Counted from the stretch's first letter, positions 21,504 to 33,034 are shown. The stretch is 64,000 nucleotides of DNA from an uncultured Planctomycetota bacterium (GCA_963849325.1 CAWKHF010000004.1:192001-256000); one strand, 5' to 3'. Notes: a model not told the origin generated them from the sequence alone. Numbers and translations are program-made.

Positions 21504-21956
21504 ATACATCAAAAAGGCAGCATATATCAGAGGACACGCCGGGGCACTGGTGGTTCGCGTTCTCCCACATTCCCGCTACGACAGTAGCGAGATATTGTCA
21601 CAGCTGATACTATGAAACGCCAAGAGCCGAGCCTTGCTGGTAACAAGGTCGGCCCTTGACGATTCGCCCTTCCTATCTGGCGTGGCGGCGCGTTTGCTGT
21701 GTAGGCTACCGCCGCCTCGTCAGAGCATCTAGAAAGGGTTCCTCTATTGGGAACTCGTAAACGGGCTGCGCACTTCCGCCGTCACCTCCGTTGTCTCCAG
21801 CGGTCCCTAGCGTCTCGGCTCCGATTGCTCCATCGTCGGCGATTCTGGCTCAGCTTTCCGCGCCGTAAGCTTCGCTCGATGTTGGGTACGCGCCGTAGTC
21901 ACTGACCGCTAGGAGTCCTATCGACTAGGGTGTCCTCCGTATCGGAGGACACCTGA

Positions 21957-22056
21957 TTTATCCACTGTTTTCCACAGACGGCCACCGCTATCCACAGGTA
22001 GCCAAGTGTGTCCACCTGTGTCCACCTGTGTCCACCTGTGTCCACCTGTGTCCACG
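21957..22056. repeat. Ten 10-bp phased units containing CCA, several DnaA-box-like
   Basis: TTTATCCACT GTTTTCCACA GACGGCCACC GCTATCCACA GGTAGCCAAG (TGTGTCCACC)x4 TGTGTCCACG. Confidence 0.8.
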
Positions 22057-22378
22057 TCATCCATAATACACGCTAGCGTTACTTTCGCAACCAGTATCCT
22101 AGTTGCCTGGTTACCTAGTTACTGGTTACTCATCATTCAGGATGACCAGAATCCTCAGATTTCCAGTCATTCCTTGAATCATCGCTGCTCATTTAGTGCA
22201 GCCTAAGCATCTTGCCAGTGTCGAGATTTCTGCAACAGCGGGCTGATTCAAGAATCAACCGCGTTTAGTGTATCAAAGCCGTCTCAACGTCCTAGACTTC
22301 TCACTCCGCACCGCTCCGCGTCCGGTGTCGGCGATGTCCGGCTGGGGAAGGCGTAGGAGATATTTGTACAATAACGAC

Positions 22379-25300
22379 ATGGATGCCTCGGACCCCCTTG
22401 CCTTGTTCCTGCCGCCCGTGCAGCGCTGGTTTCGTGCGATGCTCGGCGAGCCGACGGCGCCACAGCGTCTCGGCTGGCCCGCCATCGCCGCCGGGCAGAA
22501 CACGCTCATCCTCGCTCCGACCGGCTCCGGCAAGACGTTGGCCGCCTTCCTCGCCTGCCTCGACGCCCTGTGGCGGCAGCCGGATTTGCCGCGCGGCGTT
22601 CGCGTCCTGTACATCTCGCCGCTGAAGGCGCTCAACAACGACATCCATCGCAACCTGCAACTGCCCCTCGAAGGCGTTGCGCAAGCAGCGAATGACATGG
22701 GCATGTCCCTGCCGGCGCTGGAGGCGGCGGTTCGCACCGGCGATACGCCGGCGGCGGAGCGACAGCGCCTCATTCGCCGCCCGCCGCACGTCCTCATCAC
22801 CACGCCCGAATCGCTGCACTTGCTGCTGACCTCGCGCGGCCGGGAAACGCTGCGCGGCATCACGCACTGCATCGTCGATGAAATCCATGCCCTGTGCAGC
22901 AACAAGCGCGGCGTCTTCCTCGCCCTCTTGCTGGAACGCCTGCAAGCGCTTCAGTCGAAGGAGTTCGTCCGCATCGGCCTGTCGGCGACGCAGCGGCCAT
23001 TGGAGGAAGTGGCGCGCTACCTCGGCGGCAGCGCGCCGGACGCCGAAGGCAACTGGCGGCCGCGGCCAGTGACGATCGTTGACGCCGGGTTGCGCAAAGA
23101 ACTCGACCTGCGCGTCGTCAGTCCTGTCGAGCAATTCGGGCCGCTGTCGGAAGGGTCGGTCTGGCCGTCCATCTATCGGCTCCTGGGTGACGAGGTTCGC
23201 CAGCATCGTTCGACCATCGTATTCGCTAACAATCGCCGCGCCGTCGAGCGCATCACGGCCTGTCTCAACGAGGAAGAGGAGATCGCTCGCGCTCATCACG
23301 GCAGCGTCGCGCTGGAGGTGCGGCAGCAGATCGAGGCGGCGCTGAAGGAGGGCCGTTTGCCGGCGGTGGTGGCGACTGCCTCGCTGGAGCTGGGCATCGA
23401 CATGGGCGCCGTCGAGCTGGTTTGCCAGGTCGAATCGCCCGGCAACGTCGCCCGCGCCTTGCAGCGCGTCGGCCGGGCCGGCCACCTGGTCGGCCACAAA
23501 AGCAAGGGTCGTCTCATTCCCAAGACGCCCGGCGACCTGCTCGAACAGGCCGTACTGGCCCGCGAGATGGCGGCCGGTCGCGTCGAAGACATCCGCGTGC
23601 CCATCAACTGCCTCGACGTGCTCGCCCAGCAACTCGTCGCCTGCGCTGCCGTGGACGATTGGGACGTGCCGGAGTTGTACGCCCTGGTTCGCCGCGCCTA
23701 TCCCTACCGCGACCTGTCGCCGCACGCCTTCGAGACCACGCTGGAAATGATTGGCGGACGATACCGCTTTGTTGACAATAAAGATCAAATAAATCACAAG
23801 AGGAGCGCACCACTTGCCGCGCTCCAGCCGCGCGTCAGCTGGGACCGCGTTCACAATCGCTTGCTCGCCCTGCCCGGCAGCCGGCACATGGCCCTGGTCA
23901 ACGGCGGGACGATACCGGACACGGGACAATACGCGGCGTTTGCCAGCAACGGGACGCGGATCGGCGAACTCGATGAGGAGTTCATCTACGAGCGGCGCGT
24001 CGGCGATACCTTCCTGCTGGGCACGAACGCCTGGAGACTGGAACGCATCGAGGCGGATCGCGTGTTCGTGTCGCCGGCGGAAGGGGCGCCGGCGATGGCC
24101 CCCTTCTGGAAGGGCGAGAATACCGGCCGCAGTTACGACCTCGGCCGGGCCATCGGTGTCTTTCTCCGCGAACTGGCTGGCCGACTCGACCAGCCGGGTT
24201 GTCTCGACTGGCTGGAACACGAGTTCTTCCTGGACCGAAAAGCGGCCCGTAATCTCCGCTATCACGTCGAGCGACAACTGCGGGTGACGGGCTGCTTACC
24301 CACGGATCGCACCCTCGTCGTCGAGGCGTCGCGCGATCAGCTCGGCGACTGGCAAGTCATCCTGCTCAGCCCGCTGGGCAATCGACTGCACCTCTCGCTG
24401 CGCCTGGCGCTGGAGGGCCGGTTGCGGCAGCGGCTCGGTTATCAGCCGCAATGCCTGCACCACGCCAACGGTGTCCTCGTCCGCCTGACCGACACGGATG
24501 AACCCGTCCTCGACCTGTTCGCCGGCCTGACGCCGGAGAACGTGGAGGGGTTGATCCTCGATGAACTGGCCGACAGTGCCCTGTTCGCCCTGCGTTTCCG
24601 GCAAAACGCAGCGCGGTCGCTGCTGTTGCCGCGCGGCCAGCCGGGACGGCGAGCGCCGCTGTGGCTGCAACGACTGCGCGGCCGCGATCTGCTGCAGGTC
24701 GCTCGCCAACATCCCGACTTCCCCGTGATCGTCGAGACGTTCCGCGAGTGTTTGCACGACCATCTCGACGTGCCGCGTTTGCAGGAATTGCTCGCCGACG
24801 TCCAGGCCGGCCGCGTCGAGGTGGTGACGCGCCGTGCCGAGACGCCGTCGCCCTTCGCGGCCGGGCTGATGTTCTCGTTCACGGCCGCATTCATGTACCA
24901 GCAGGACGGCGTCGAGGCGAACGACGATCGCTCGCGGGCGCTGGATCGACAGTTGCTCGAACAATTGGTCGCGCCCGAGCGGCAGGGGCATTTGCTCGAC
25001 CCGCGCGGTGCAGCAAGTGGAGCGCCGCTTGCGCGGCGTCGGCCGGCCGCCGCGCTCGACGGCGGAGATGGCCGAGTGGCTGCGCCGCCTCGGCGACCTG
25101 ACGCCGGAGGAGTTGGAAGGGCCGATGGCCGCCTTCCTGGAGCAGCTGCAAGCCGAGGGCCGCGCCTGCCGCCTGGAGTTGCCGAGAACGCGAGGCCAGC
25201 GCAGCTCGCCGCTACGCTGGGTGGCCGAGGAGGACGTAGAGCAATATCGATGGGCGTTCGGACTGGACGGCGCCGCGGGCACGGAAGAGAGGCAGGCGGC

Positions 25301-26817
25301 GGGAGCGGCGATCCTGGCGCGGTTTCTGGCCACGCACGCCCTGGTCGGTTTGTCCGACGTGCTGGCGCGGTATCCGTTCGAGCCGGACTGGGCGCGGCGG
25401 CAGATGGAGGAATGGACGCGAGCCGGCCGCGTCGTCGCCGTGTCCGCTCCGGACAGTGAGACGGTGCAGTGGTCCGACCCGGCCAACCTGGAGCAGGTAC
25501 AGCGCGGCAGCCTGGGCATCCTGCGCCGCGAGGTCGTCACCTGTTCGCCGCCGCAGTTCGCTGATTTCCTGCTGCGCTGGCAGTGCCTGCATCCCGAGGC
25601 GCGGCGCGGCGAAGGCGATGGTTTGGCGGACGTGCTGGGTCGTCTGCAAGGTTTGGCCCTCGACGCCGAGTTGTGGGAACGGACGGTCCTGCCGGCCCGC
25701 GTGCCGGGATACCAGCCGCGCTGGCTGGACGAATGGATTGCCGGCGGCGCCGGAGTGTGGGTCTGTCAGGGTGAGCCGGCGGAGGACGGCGAGGCGGGTC
25801 GCATCGCCTTTCTTGGCCGGGAAACGCTGCGGCAACTGCCCGCGCCCGTCTCCCCCGAAGGGACGGCACTCGGCGAGGATGCCGGCCGCGTACTGGACCA
25901 TCTGCGCGGCCGCGGCGCATCGTTCCTCACCGATCTCGCCGCGGACCTCGGCATGTCTCCCGGCGCCGCGCGAACGCCCTCGGCGGACTGACACGGCACG
26001 GCCTGGTGACGAACGACCACTACGATGTCATCCGATCAGGGGGCGAACGGCCGGCGTTAGCCGGCTGGTACAGATCCCACCAGCCGGCTAACGCCGGCCG
26101 TTCGCCCTCAATCGCGCGGCGAGCGCCGCAGCGGCCAGAAGGCCGCTGGTCCGTCGTGGCGTGGGGGCGTCCCGAACCCGAGGCGCACGCCGTCGCGCAG
26201 GCGGCGCTGCTGCTGGAGCGCTACGGGATCGTGGCCCGCGAGTTAGCCCTGATTGATCCCTGGCTGCTGCCGTGGCGCATCCTCTACGAAGTCCTCAGCC
26301 GCATGGAGCTGGCGGGCGAGGTGCGACGCGGTTACTTTGTCGAGGGACTCTCCGGCGCCCAGTTCGCCCTGCCCGAAGCGGCCCGGCAGCTGCAAGAACT
26401 GCACCTGCCCTCGACCGCGACGTCCCCGGCGCTGCTGCTGCACAGCATGGACCCGGCCAACCTGTACGGCTCGGGTGCTCCCTTCGACATTCCCTTACTC
26501 GATGGCGGCACCCGCCCGCTGCTGCGCCGCCCCGGCAACTGGCTCGTCCTCCGCGCCGGCCGGCCGGTACTGCTGATCGAGCAGCACGGCAAACGGCTGA
26601 CCGCACTGGCCAGCGCCAGCCGCGACGACGTCGCCGCCGCCGTCGCCTGTCTGCCGGGCATCTTCGACGGCTCGCGCGGTTCGGCGCGCGCCACAAGTTG
26701 ACCGTGGAGGAGTGGAACGGACAGCCCATCACGTCGTCGGAGGGCCGCGCCCTGCTGGAGACGGCCGGCTTCGTCCGCGATTACCAGGCCATGACGCTGT
26801 ACGCCGTCTGGCGTTAG
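22379..26817 (+). CDS. lhr: Long-form Lhr DEAH-box helicase (frameshifts near 25008, 25985, 26690)
   Basis: APTGSGKT, SPLKAL, DEIH, SAT, HHGS, QRVGRAGH; C-terminal RYGIV, RRGYFVEG, DPANLYG. Confidence 0.9.
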
Positions 26818-26834
26818 AGGGCGGAGGGACTGCC

Positions 26835-27590
26835 GTGTCCGTAAATCCCGAATGGCAGCCGGCCGCGCGGCCGCCCCAACTCGCCGCCGAGGACGTACAC
26901 GTCTGGCGCATCGTCCTGGAGTGCGGCGACGCGGCGCTGGCCCGGCTGGACGCGAGCCTGGCGGACGACGAACGGCGGCGGGCCGAGCGCTTCCACTTCG
27001 AGAAAGACCGCCGTCATTTCATCGCCGGCCGCGGCGCCTTGCGGACCCTCCTCGCGGGCTATCTCCACCAACGCCCCGACCAGGTGCGGTTTGCCTACAC
27101 CAACTACGGCAAACCTCTGCTGGCCGACGACACCATCCCTCCTCTACGTTTCAACCTCAGTCATGCGCACGGGTTGGGCCTCCTGGCGGTAACGCTCGGC
27201 CGGGAGATCGGCGTCGATGTCGAACGTATCCGCGACGATCTCGACCGGGAACCGCTGGCCGAGCGTTTCTTTTCGCCGCGCGAGGTGGCCGACCTGAAGG
27301 CGCTGCCGCCCGAACTGCGACGCGAAGCCTTTTATCAGTGCTGGACGCGCAAGGAAGCCTACATCAAGGCCGTCGGCAAGGGCTTGTCGCTGCCCCTGGA
27401 TCGCTTCGACGTGAGCCTGCGTCCGGGAGAACCGGCGGCACTGCTGGCCACGCTCGACCATCCGCACGAAGCGCGGCGCTGGTCGATGCGCAGCTCTGCG
27501 CCCGGCGAGGGATTCGTGGGGGCGCGAGTCGTCCAGGGGCATCCCTGGCGCTTATGGTGCGGTCACTGGGTAGCGGACGAAGACCAGTAA
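26835..27590 (+). CDS. Sfp-type 4'-phosphopantetheinyl transferase
   Basis: GKP, FNLSH, IGVDVE, WTRKEAYIKAVG. Confidence 0.92.
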   Translation: MSVNPEWQPAARPPQLAAEDVHVWRIVLECGDAALARLDASLADDERRRAERFHFEKDRRHFIAGRGALRTLLAGYLHQRPDQVRFAYTNYGKPLLADDTIPPLRFNLSHAHGLGLLAVTLGREIGVDVERIRDDLDREPLAERFFSPREVADLKALPPELRREAFYQCWTRKEAYIKAVGKGLSLPLDRFDVSLRPGEPAALLATLDHPHEARRWSMRSSAPGEGFVGARVVQGHPWRLWCGHWVADEDQ

Positions 27591-27606
27591 ACGCAGAGAG
27601 CAACCA

Positions 27607-27822
27607 TCAAGGCATGGCCAGCAGGGCGTCCCAGGTAGTCACATCCAGCACCCGCTCGATCAGACTTTCCAGTCGATCGAGGTCCATAATGGCTTCGAGG
27701 GTCGAGACGACCGCTGGCGGGGGCGATCCGAAGCGTTTTCGACCCAAACAAAGCAAGTTCTTCCGAGCCTCCGCCACGGCCCCTTCCGCCAGTATGAGTT
27801 GATAAGCCGAAGACTCGCGCAT
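27607..27822 (-). CDS. Putative intragenic small antitoxin (RpnS-like), 71 aa
   Basis: In-frame ATG at 27822, 8 nt downstream of AAGGAG. Confidence 0.6.
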   Translation of the reverse strand: MRESSAYQLILAEGAVAEARKNLLCLGRKRFGSPPPAVVSTLEAIMDLDRLESLIERVLDVTTWDALLAMP

Positions 27823-28446
27823 GAGCCGTACTCCTTGGAACAACGAGGTTATCGTTTCGAGAGGCAAACGCAGACCCGTCAACACGTAAGCGGCTGTCCA
27901 CAGTAGGGCTTCTTGCTCCGGATCGGCGTCTCGCGCCAGCCGTTGGCTCATCCGGCTGAGCACTGCGGGCAATCCCTCCTTCGGTACGTCGGCGAGCATG
28001 GCTATCGGTAGAATGCCCAGCCCACCACTCAAGATCGTCTCCACGGGGAGTTGCCAAGCCCGCACCACCTGGTAATGAAATTCCAGGTACGGCGGCTCGC
28101 CAGGGAAAGCATCCCGATAGATGCCACTGTATCGGGGCGAGTCGGCTTCGGGCCGCAGCAGCAGAAGGACCGTACGCACGCGCAATCGGTGCCGGTGCCG
28201 CAAAAGGGTATTATACCATTGCAGCTGCTCGCCGGGGTCGGTGCGCGGGCTGCTCTGTAACTCCAGGTGCAACAACCAGGGATCGTCCGACGCGATCCGA
28301 ATGACCTTGTTGGCATCGGCGCTCACCGTGGAGACATCGGCGTCGATGACATCCACCGCCGCGGTAGAAATACCGAGCAAGGCCAACCAGTCGGCCGGAT
28401 AGCTGGCGATCAGGTCCTTCAGCGAAGCATCATAGGGTTTGGACAT
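27607..28446 (-). CDS. Rpn/YhgA-like PD-(D/E)XK-family protein
   Basis: [31 protein letters not shown]-terminal DUF4351-like helices. Confidence 0.75.
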   Translation of the reverse strand: MSKPYDASLKDLIASYPADWLALLGISTAAVDVIDADVSTVSADANKVIRIASDDPWLLHLELQSSPRTDPGEQLQWYNTLLRHRHRLRVRTVLLLLRPEADSPRYSGIYRDAFPGEPPYLEFHYQVVRAWQLPVETILSGGLGILPIAMLADVPKEGLPAVLSRMSQRLARDADPEQEALLWTAAYVLTGLRLPLETITSLFQGVRLMRESSAYQLILAEGAVAEARKNLLCLGRKRFGSPPPAVVSTLEAIMDLDRLESLIERVLDVTTWDALLAMP

Positions 28447-28641
28447 GCGAAGGTGCCTTTCGCGTTCTCCGAACCGGCGTTCCGGGCCATTGTAGGGACG
28501 ATCCGTGAAAAACGGGCGGTCGGCGGCACCGGGCCGCAACATACCCCATACTTGAGCGCGAGACGATCGCGCGATGGTCTGCCGTTCACCGTGCGCGGAG
28601 ACCGACTATCGGCGCGGAGCGTTTCGAGAAGAGGGGATGTG

Positions 28642-29365
28642 ATGGCGGGGCCGAACGATACCGCGGTGGACAATACCCCCCTGGATGGGCCGGACTGGGG
28701 CGAAGACCTGTTCGACAACACGCTCGAATTCGCGGACAATCCCGAGCCGCGTTGTCCCTGTGTGCTGGTCCTGGACACCTCGCAGTCCATGGCTGGCGAA
28801 CCGATCGCCGCCCTGAACCGTGGGCTGAACGTCTTCCGGCAGGAATTGCTGGCGGTGCCGCTGGCGCAAGCGCGTCGAAATCGCCGTCCTCTCCTTCGGA
28901 CAGGACGTCGAGATCGTCCAGGATTTCGTCACGGCCGATCGCTTCCAGCCTCCTCTGTTGCGGGCGGAGGGCGAGACCCCGCTGTGTACCGCCATCCTGA
29001 GGGCGCTGGACCTCGTGGAGAAACGCAAGGAGCGCTACCGGGCCAACGGCGTACCGTACTCGCGGCCGTGGGTGTTCCTTCTCACCGACGGTATGCCGCA
29101 GGGCGAATCGCTGGAGACGACACGGCAGGCGGTGCAGCGAGTGCGCGCGGCGGAGGCGGAGCGACAGGCCGCCTTCTATGCCGTCGGCGTCGAGGGGGCG
29201 AACATGAAGCTGTTGGCGCGGATCGCGGTTCGACCGCCCCTGAAGCTGGACGGCCTGCGCTTCACCGAGTTGTTCGCCTGGCTGTCGGCGAGCACCGCCC
29301 GCGTCGCCACGACCTCGGCCGGCGAACCGGCCGAACTGCCGCCCATCGAGTGGGGAACGACCTGA
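28642..29365 (+). CDS. TerY/YegL-like vWA protein (frameshift near 28865)
   Basis: [22 protein letters not shown] (MIDAS), [26 protein letters not shown]. Confidence 0.85.
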
Positions 29366-29396
29366 GAGCGTCATTCGACCCGCGGAGGGCCGCCGG

Positions 29397-31094
29397 ATGG
29401 AACAGAAGCAAACGTGCCCCGAGTGCCATCTGACCTTCGAGGCGCCGCCGACGGAGGCGGGGGTGCTGGTCTGCCCCCTGTGCGATACCGTATTCTCGAC
29501 GCCACCGCCGGTCGTGGCCGACGCGCCGGCGCCTCCACCCGCGGCACTGGTCCTTTCGGCACGGCACGTGCTCAAGGGGTGCCTGGCCGTCGCCGGCCTT
29601 CTCTTCGTCGTCGGCGGTCTCGTGTATGCCTATCGCCTGGTGACGAACCTCGAACCGAAAGCGGCTCACGCGACAGCCGCCCCGACCGTCTCTCCAGCCG
29701 AGTCCGAACCGCCTTCGGTGATCGAAGTCCTCCCGACCACGCCGGAGCCTCCGCCTTCGCCGCCGCCGCCACCGCCGGTCGTCCTGGAGCCGAAACCGCA
29801 TCGCCTATCCGCCTCGGCAAAACCGCCTCCCCTGCCGGAAGTGTCGCGTCGGCCGTTGTCGCTGCCGGAGCGCGTCAATCGAGCCATCGACCGCGGCGTC
29901 GCCCATCTGCACAAGAATCGCAGCGGTCATAAGGAGTATCGCAATTATCTTGGATTGCTCGGCTTGACCTTCCTCGAGTGCGGTATCCCGGCCAAGGATC
30001 CGTTCGTGCAGCAAATCGCCGCCTGGCTGCGAACGCGAGAACGCGACCTCACCGGCACCTACGAGTTGTCGCTGGCCATCCTCTTCCTCGACCGCCTGAA
30101 TGATGCGCGCGACCGGGTGTTGATTCGCACGTTCGGACAACGTCTCCTGGCCGGCCAGATCGAAGGAGGCACCTGGAGCTATTCTTGCCTTGCGAATGAC
30201 AAACGCCGTCATCTCGCCGGTCGATCTCCCTCGGCCCCGCTCATACCGGAGCTGCCGCAAATCATCACCTGGAGGAACGCGACCCCGCTCCACAACCCGG
30301 CCGCGCGGCCGCGGTCGTTCGTCTATCGCGGCGACAACTCCAATACCCAGTTCGCCATCCTGGGTCTGTGGGTTGCCCAGCGGCACGGCGTCTCGGTTCG
30401 ATCCGCGCTCCTGGCCACGGAGCAATATTTCCGGCAGACGCAAGGCTCCGACGGCAGCTGGTCGTACCACACGCGCTTGCAGGCGTGCCGCGATTCCATG
30501 ACCTGTGCCGGGCTGATGAGCCTGGCGATGCGTTATGGCGTCATCAACGGGCAGGGCAGAGACATTCGACCCGATCGGCCGATGCCCGTGAATGACCGCG
30601 CCATCACGCAAGGGTTGCGCTTCCTCGGCCGATCGCTCGACGAGGTGGTCGTGATGGATGGGCGCATCCTGGGCGCGGAGGCCCGCGATCCACTCTATTA
30701 TCTGTGGTCGCTCGAACGCATGGCGATGATCTACGATTTGAAGAAGGTGGGCGACAAGGAGTGGTATCCGTGGGCGGCGGATCTGCTCGTGCAATCGCAG
30801 CAGAGGGACGGCAGCTGGCTCGCTCCCTACCCACCTCCCGTCGGCACCTGTTTCGCCTTGCTCGTCCTGAAACGCAGCAACCTCGCCCACGACCTGCAGC
30901 TGACCGTACAAGGACAGGCACCGTCCCGCGGCGCGGAACTCGGCGGGCCAACGATTCGCCAGGGTCCGGGCGCGACGCTGGGTCCGACCACGGCGCCGCG
31001 AGGTTCGGCGGACATGCCGGGCACCGCCGTACGCGGTGGGACGCTCCCCCCGCTGGGACCGACAACGACGCAGGGAATAGGGAAAAGGGAATAG
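29397..31094 (+). CDS. Zn-ribbon, TM, Pro-rich linker and prenyltransferase-like alpha/alpha barrel protein
   Basis: CPEC/CPLC, TM helix, [34 protein letters not shown]. Confidence 0.75.
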   Translation: MEQKQTCPECHLTFEAPPTEAGVLVCPLCDTVFSTPPPVVADAPAPPPAALVLSARHVLKGCLAVAGLLFVVGGLVYAYRLVTNLEPKAAHATAAPTVSPAESEPPSVIEVLPTTPEPPPSPPPPPPVVLEPKPHRLSASAKPPPLPEVSRRPLSLPERVNRAIDRGVAHLHKNRSGHKEYRNYLGLLGLTFLECGIPAKDPFVQQIAAWLRTRERDLTGTYELSLAILFLDRLNDARDRVLIRTFGQRLLAGQIEGGTWSYSCLANDKRRHLAGRSPSAPLIPELPQIITWRNATPLHNPAARPRSFVYRGDNSNTQFAILGLWVAQRHGVSVRSALLATEQYFRQTQGSDGSWSYHTRLQACRDSMTCAGLMSLAMRYGVINGQGRDIRPDRPMPVNDRAITQGLRFLGRSLDEVVVMDGRILGAEARDPLYYLWSLERMAMIYDLKKVGDKEWYPWAADLLVQSQQRDGSWLAPYPPPVGTCFALLVLKRSNLAHDLQLTVQGQAPSRGAELGGPTIRQGPGATLGPTTAPRGSADMPGTAVRGGTLPPLGPTTTQGIGKRE

Positions 31095-31118
31095 GGAATA
31101 GGGAATAGGGAATAGGGA
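31073..31118. repeat. GGGAATA heptamer tandem repeat
   Basis: About 6 units, overlapping the upstream gene's stop. Confidence 0.85.
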
Positions 31119-31139
31119 AGAGAACGTCCGGAGTTGTGG

Positions 31140-32474
31140 ATGCGCGTACGGCTGGAAGGACAGGCGCTGGAGCTGACGCTGGAAGGCCCGCTGCTGGGCC
31201 GCGGAGGGGAAGCCTCCATCTACGCGGTGCCCGGCCGGTCGGACCTGGCCGCCAAGATCTACCACAACCCCAGCGACGAGCACGCGGACAAGCTGGCCGC
31301 CCTGCTGTCCGCGCCGCCGGTCGCGCCGCCGGAGCGCGGGCAACACGTAACCATCGCCTGGCCCATCGGCCGACTGCTCGAGGCCGGCGACGACGGACGG
31401 ATGGTCGGCTACCTGATGCCGCGCATCGACAACGCCCGCCTGCTCTGGGAGGTCTACAATCCCGGTGTGCGCCGCGAACTGTTTCCGCACTTCCATCACG
31501 GTTCGCTGCTGCGGACGGCGCGCAACCTCGCCGCCGCCGTGCGCACGCTGCACGAGTGCGGCTACGTCGTCGGCGACCTCAACGAATCGAACGTGCTCGT
31601 CACGTCGCAGGCGCTCGTCACCCTGATCGACGTGGATTCGTTTCAGGCGCCCGGCCGCGATCGGCTGTACCGTTGCCGCGTCGGACGGTCGGAGTACACG
31701 CCGCCGGAATTGCAAGGCGCCTCGTTCGCCGACGTGGACCGCTCGCCGACGCACGACGCCTTCGCCCTGGCCGTGCTGATCTTCCAGCTGCTCCTGCAGG
31801 GCGTCCATCCGTTCGCCGGGACGGCCGTAGGCGGGGACGAGCCAGACTCGGTCCCGGCGCGCATCGCCGCCGGTTCCTGGCCCTATGCCTGGAGGCGAAC
31901 AACTTCCGTTCGGCCGAATCCGCACGTGCCGCCGTGGTTCGTGCTGCCGCCGTCCGTGCAGGAATTGCTGCGCCGCTGCTTCGAGGACGCTCACGCGGAG
32001 CCGGACCTCCGCCCCGGCGCCGCCCAGTGGCAGCACGCCCTGGAGGAGGCCGAGCACGAACTGGCGACGTGTGCCGGCAACGCTCAGCACGTCTATCATC
32101 GTGGCCTGGATCGATGTCCGTGGTGCGTTCTGGCACGACAGCAAGGACGCGATTTTTTTTCCGGACTCAACCCGACATCGCCCGCCGCGCGCCAACCCGC
32201 ATCGAGTAGCCGCTCTCCGCGATCCATCGATGGCAAACCGGGAGCGGCGGGCGCGGAGCGGAAGACGGTACACGATCCCCTACCGCCGCCTGTCGATTCC
32301 GTTCCTCCCTCGGCGCCGCCGCCGGGTGGGGTCGAGAGGTTCCTGCAAGCGGTCGGCGCGAGCGTGGAGCGGCGCGGCTGGGTCGTGTGGCTGGGCGTGG
32401 CCCTGATCGGCGCGGTCGTCGGCTTTCTCTACGCCCTGCAACGAGCGCTGCCGGACAAGAGCGCCGGTTTGTGA
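31140..32474 (+). CDS. YegI-like Ser/Thr protein kinase with C-terminal TM
   Basis: GRGGEA, AKIYH, GDLNESN, IDVDSFQ, YTPPELQ, HDAF, GVHPF, CPWC. Confidence 0.88.
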   Translation: MRVRLEGQALELTLEGPLLGRGGEASIYAVPGRSDLAAKIYHNPSDEHADKLAALLSAPPVAPPERGQHVTIAWPIGRLLEAGDDGRMVGYLMPRIDNARLLWEVYNPGVRRELFPHFHHGSLLRTARNLAAAVRTLHECGYVVGDLNESNVLVTSQALVTLIDVDSFQAPGRDRLYRCRVGRSEYTPPELQGASFADVDRSPTHDAFALAVLIFQLLLQGVHPFAGTAVGGDEPDSVPARIAAGSWPYAWRRTTSVRPNPHVPPWFVLPPSVQELLRRCFEDAHAEPDLRPGAAQWQHALEEAEHELATCAGNAQHVYHRGLDRCPWCVLARQQGRDFFSGLNPTSPAARQPASSSRSPRSIDGKPGAAGAERKTVHDPLPPPVDSVPPSAPPPGGVERFLQAVGASVERRGWVVWLGVALIGAVVGFLYALQRALPDKSAGL

Positions 32475-32509
32475 ACGCGCCGGTGTCGTCAACGGCGATG
32501 GGCGAGGTC

Positions 32510-32707
32510 TCACCCCGGATGTACTTCTTCCCCGCTGGCCACCATCTGCCATTCGGTGGTGAATGCCATCTCGGCGGGGGCGTCCTCGGGGCGGATTTCC
32601 GGCGGACGATCCTTGTCGATCAAGTGGTGCAGCACGTCGGCCAGCGCGTCGAAATCGTGGACGAGCCGCCGCAGGTTCGAGTCCCGGATAGTGGTCTGCT
32701 TCTGCAT
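32510..32707 (-). CDS. Small hypothetical protein
   Basis: GGAGG SD before ATG; protein-like composition. Confidence 0.45.
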   Translation of the reverse strand: MQKQTTIRDSNLRRLVHDFDALADVLHHLIDKDRPPEIRPEDAPAEMAFTTEWQMVASGEEVHPG

Positions 32708-32975
32708 GGCGTCCTCCAACAGGTTGACCCGCGAAGAGAGGCAGGGTCCGGTCTCCCCGAAGGGAGCATGAGCCACCGGCGCGGTCCCTCGCGCCTTCGG
32801 ATCCTCGTCGATCTCACTCGTGAGTTGTTCGTTACCCAGCTTGATTTCAGAAATGTTGAGGCACTATCCTCAGTTAACAGATTGTAACCGCTTTGGCAGG
32901 AGATGCAACCACTTTTTCGCGTTTTTCCCGAGAAGATCAGAGCCCCAGGCGTGAGCGAGTCAAAGGGCAGGAATG

Positions 32976-33034
32976 ATCGGAGCCCGAAGCGTGAGCGAGG
33001 GATTTTTTCCCTCGCTCACGCTTCGGGCTCCGAT
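32976..33034. repeat. REP-like palindrome (family B variant)
   Basis: GAGCCCGAAGCGTGAGCGAGGG...CCCTCGCTCACGCTTCGGGCTC. Confidence 0.85.

Noticed and set aside
22007-22056. CRISPR array, or the 66-aa ORF 22006-22206
   Set aside because: 10-bp direct tandem units without spacers and no cas genes; the ORF merely translates the repeat
18830-22260. Prophage or ICE integrated at tRNA-Met
   Set aside because: No integrase, no phage genes, and no duplicated tRNA 3' end seen in the window
26835-27590. NRPS/PKS cluster around the PPTase
   Set aside because: No carrier-protein or synthetase genes adjacent
28642-29365. Tellurite-resistance operon
   Set aside because: Only a TerY-type vWA gene; no terA-E or terZ
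29397-31094. Squalene-hopene cyclase
   Set aside because: Single barrel with no DXDD motif, plus N-terminal Zn-ribbon/TM architecture
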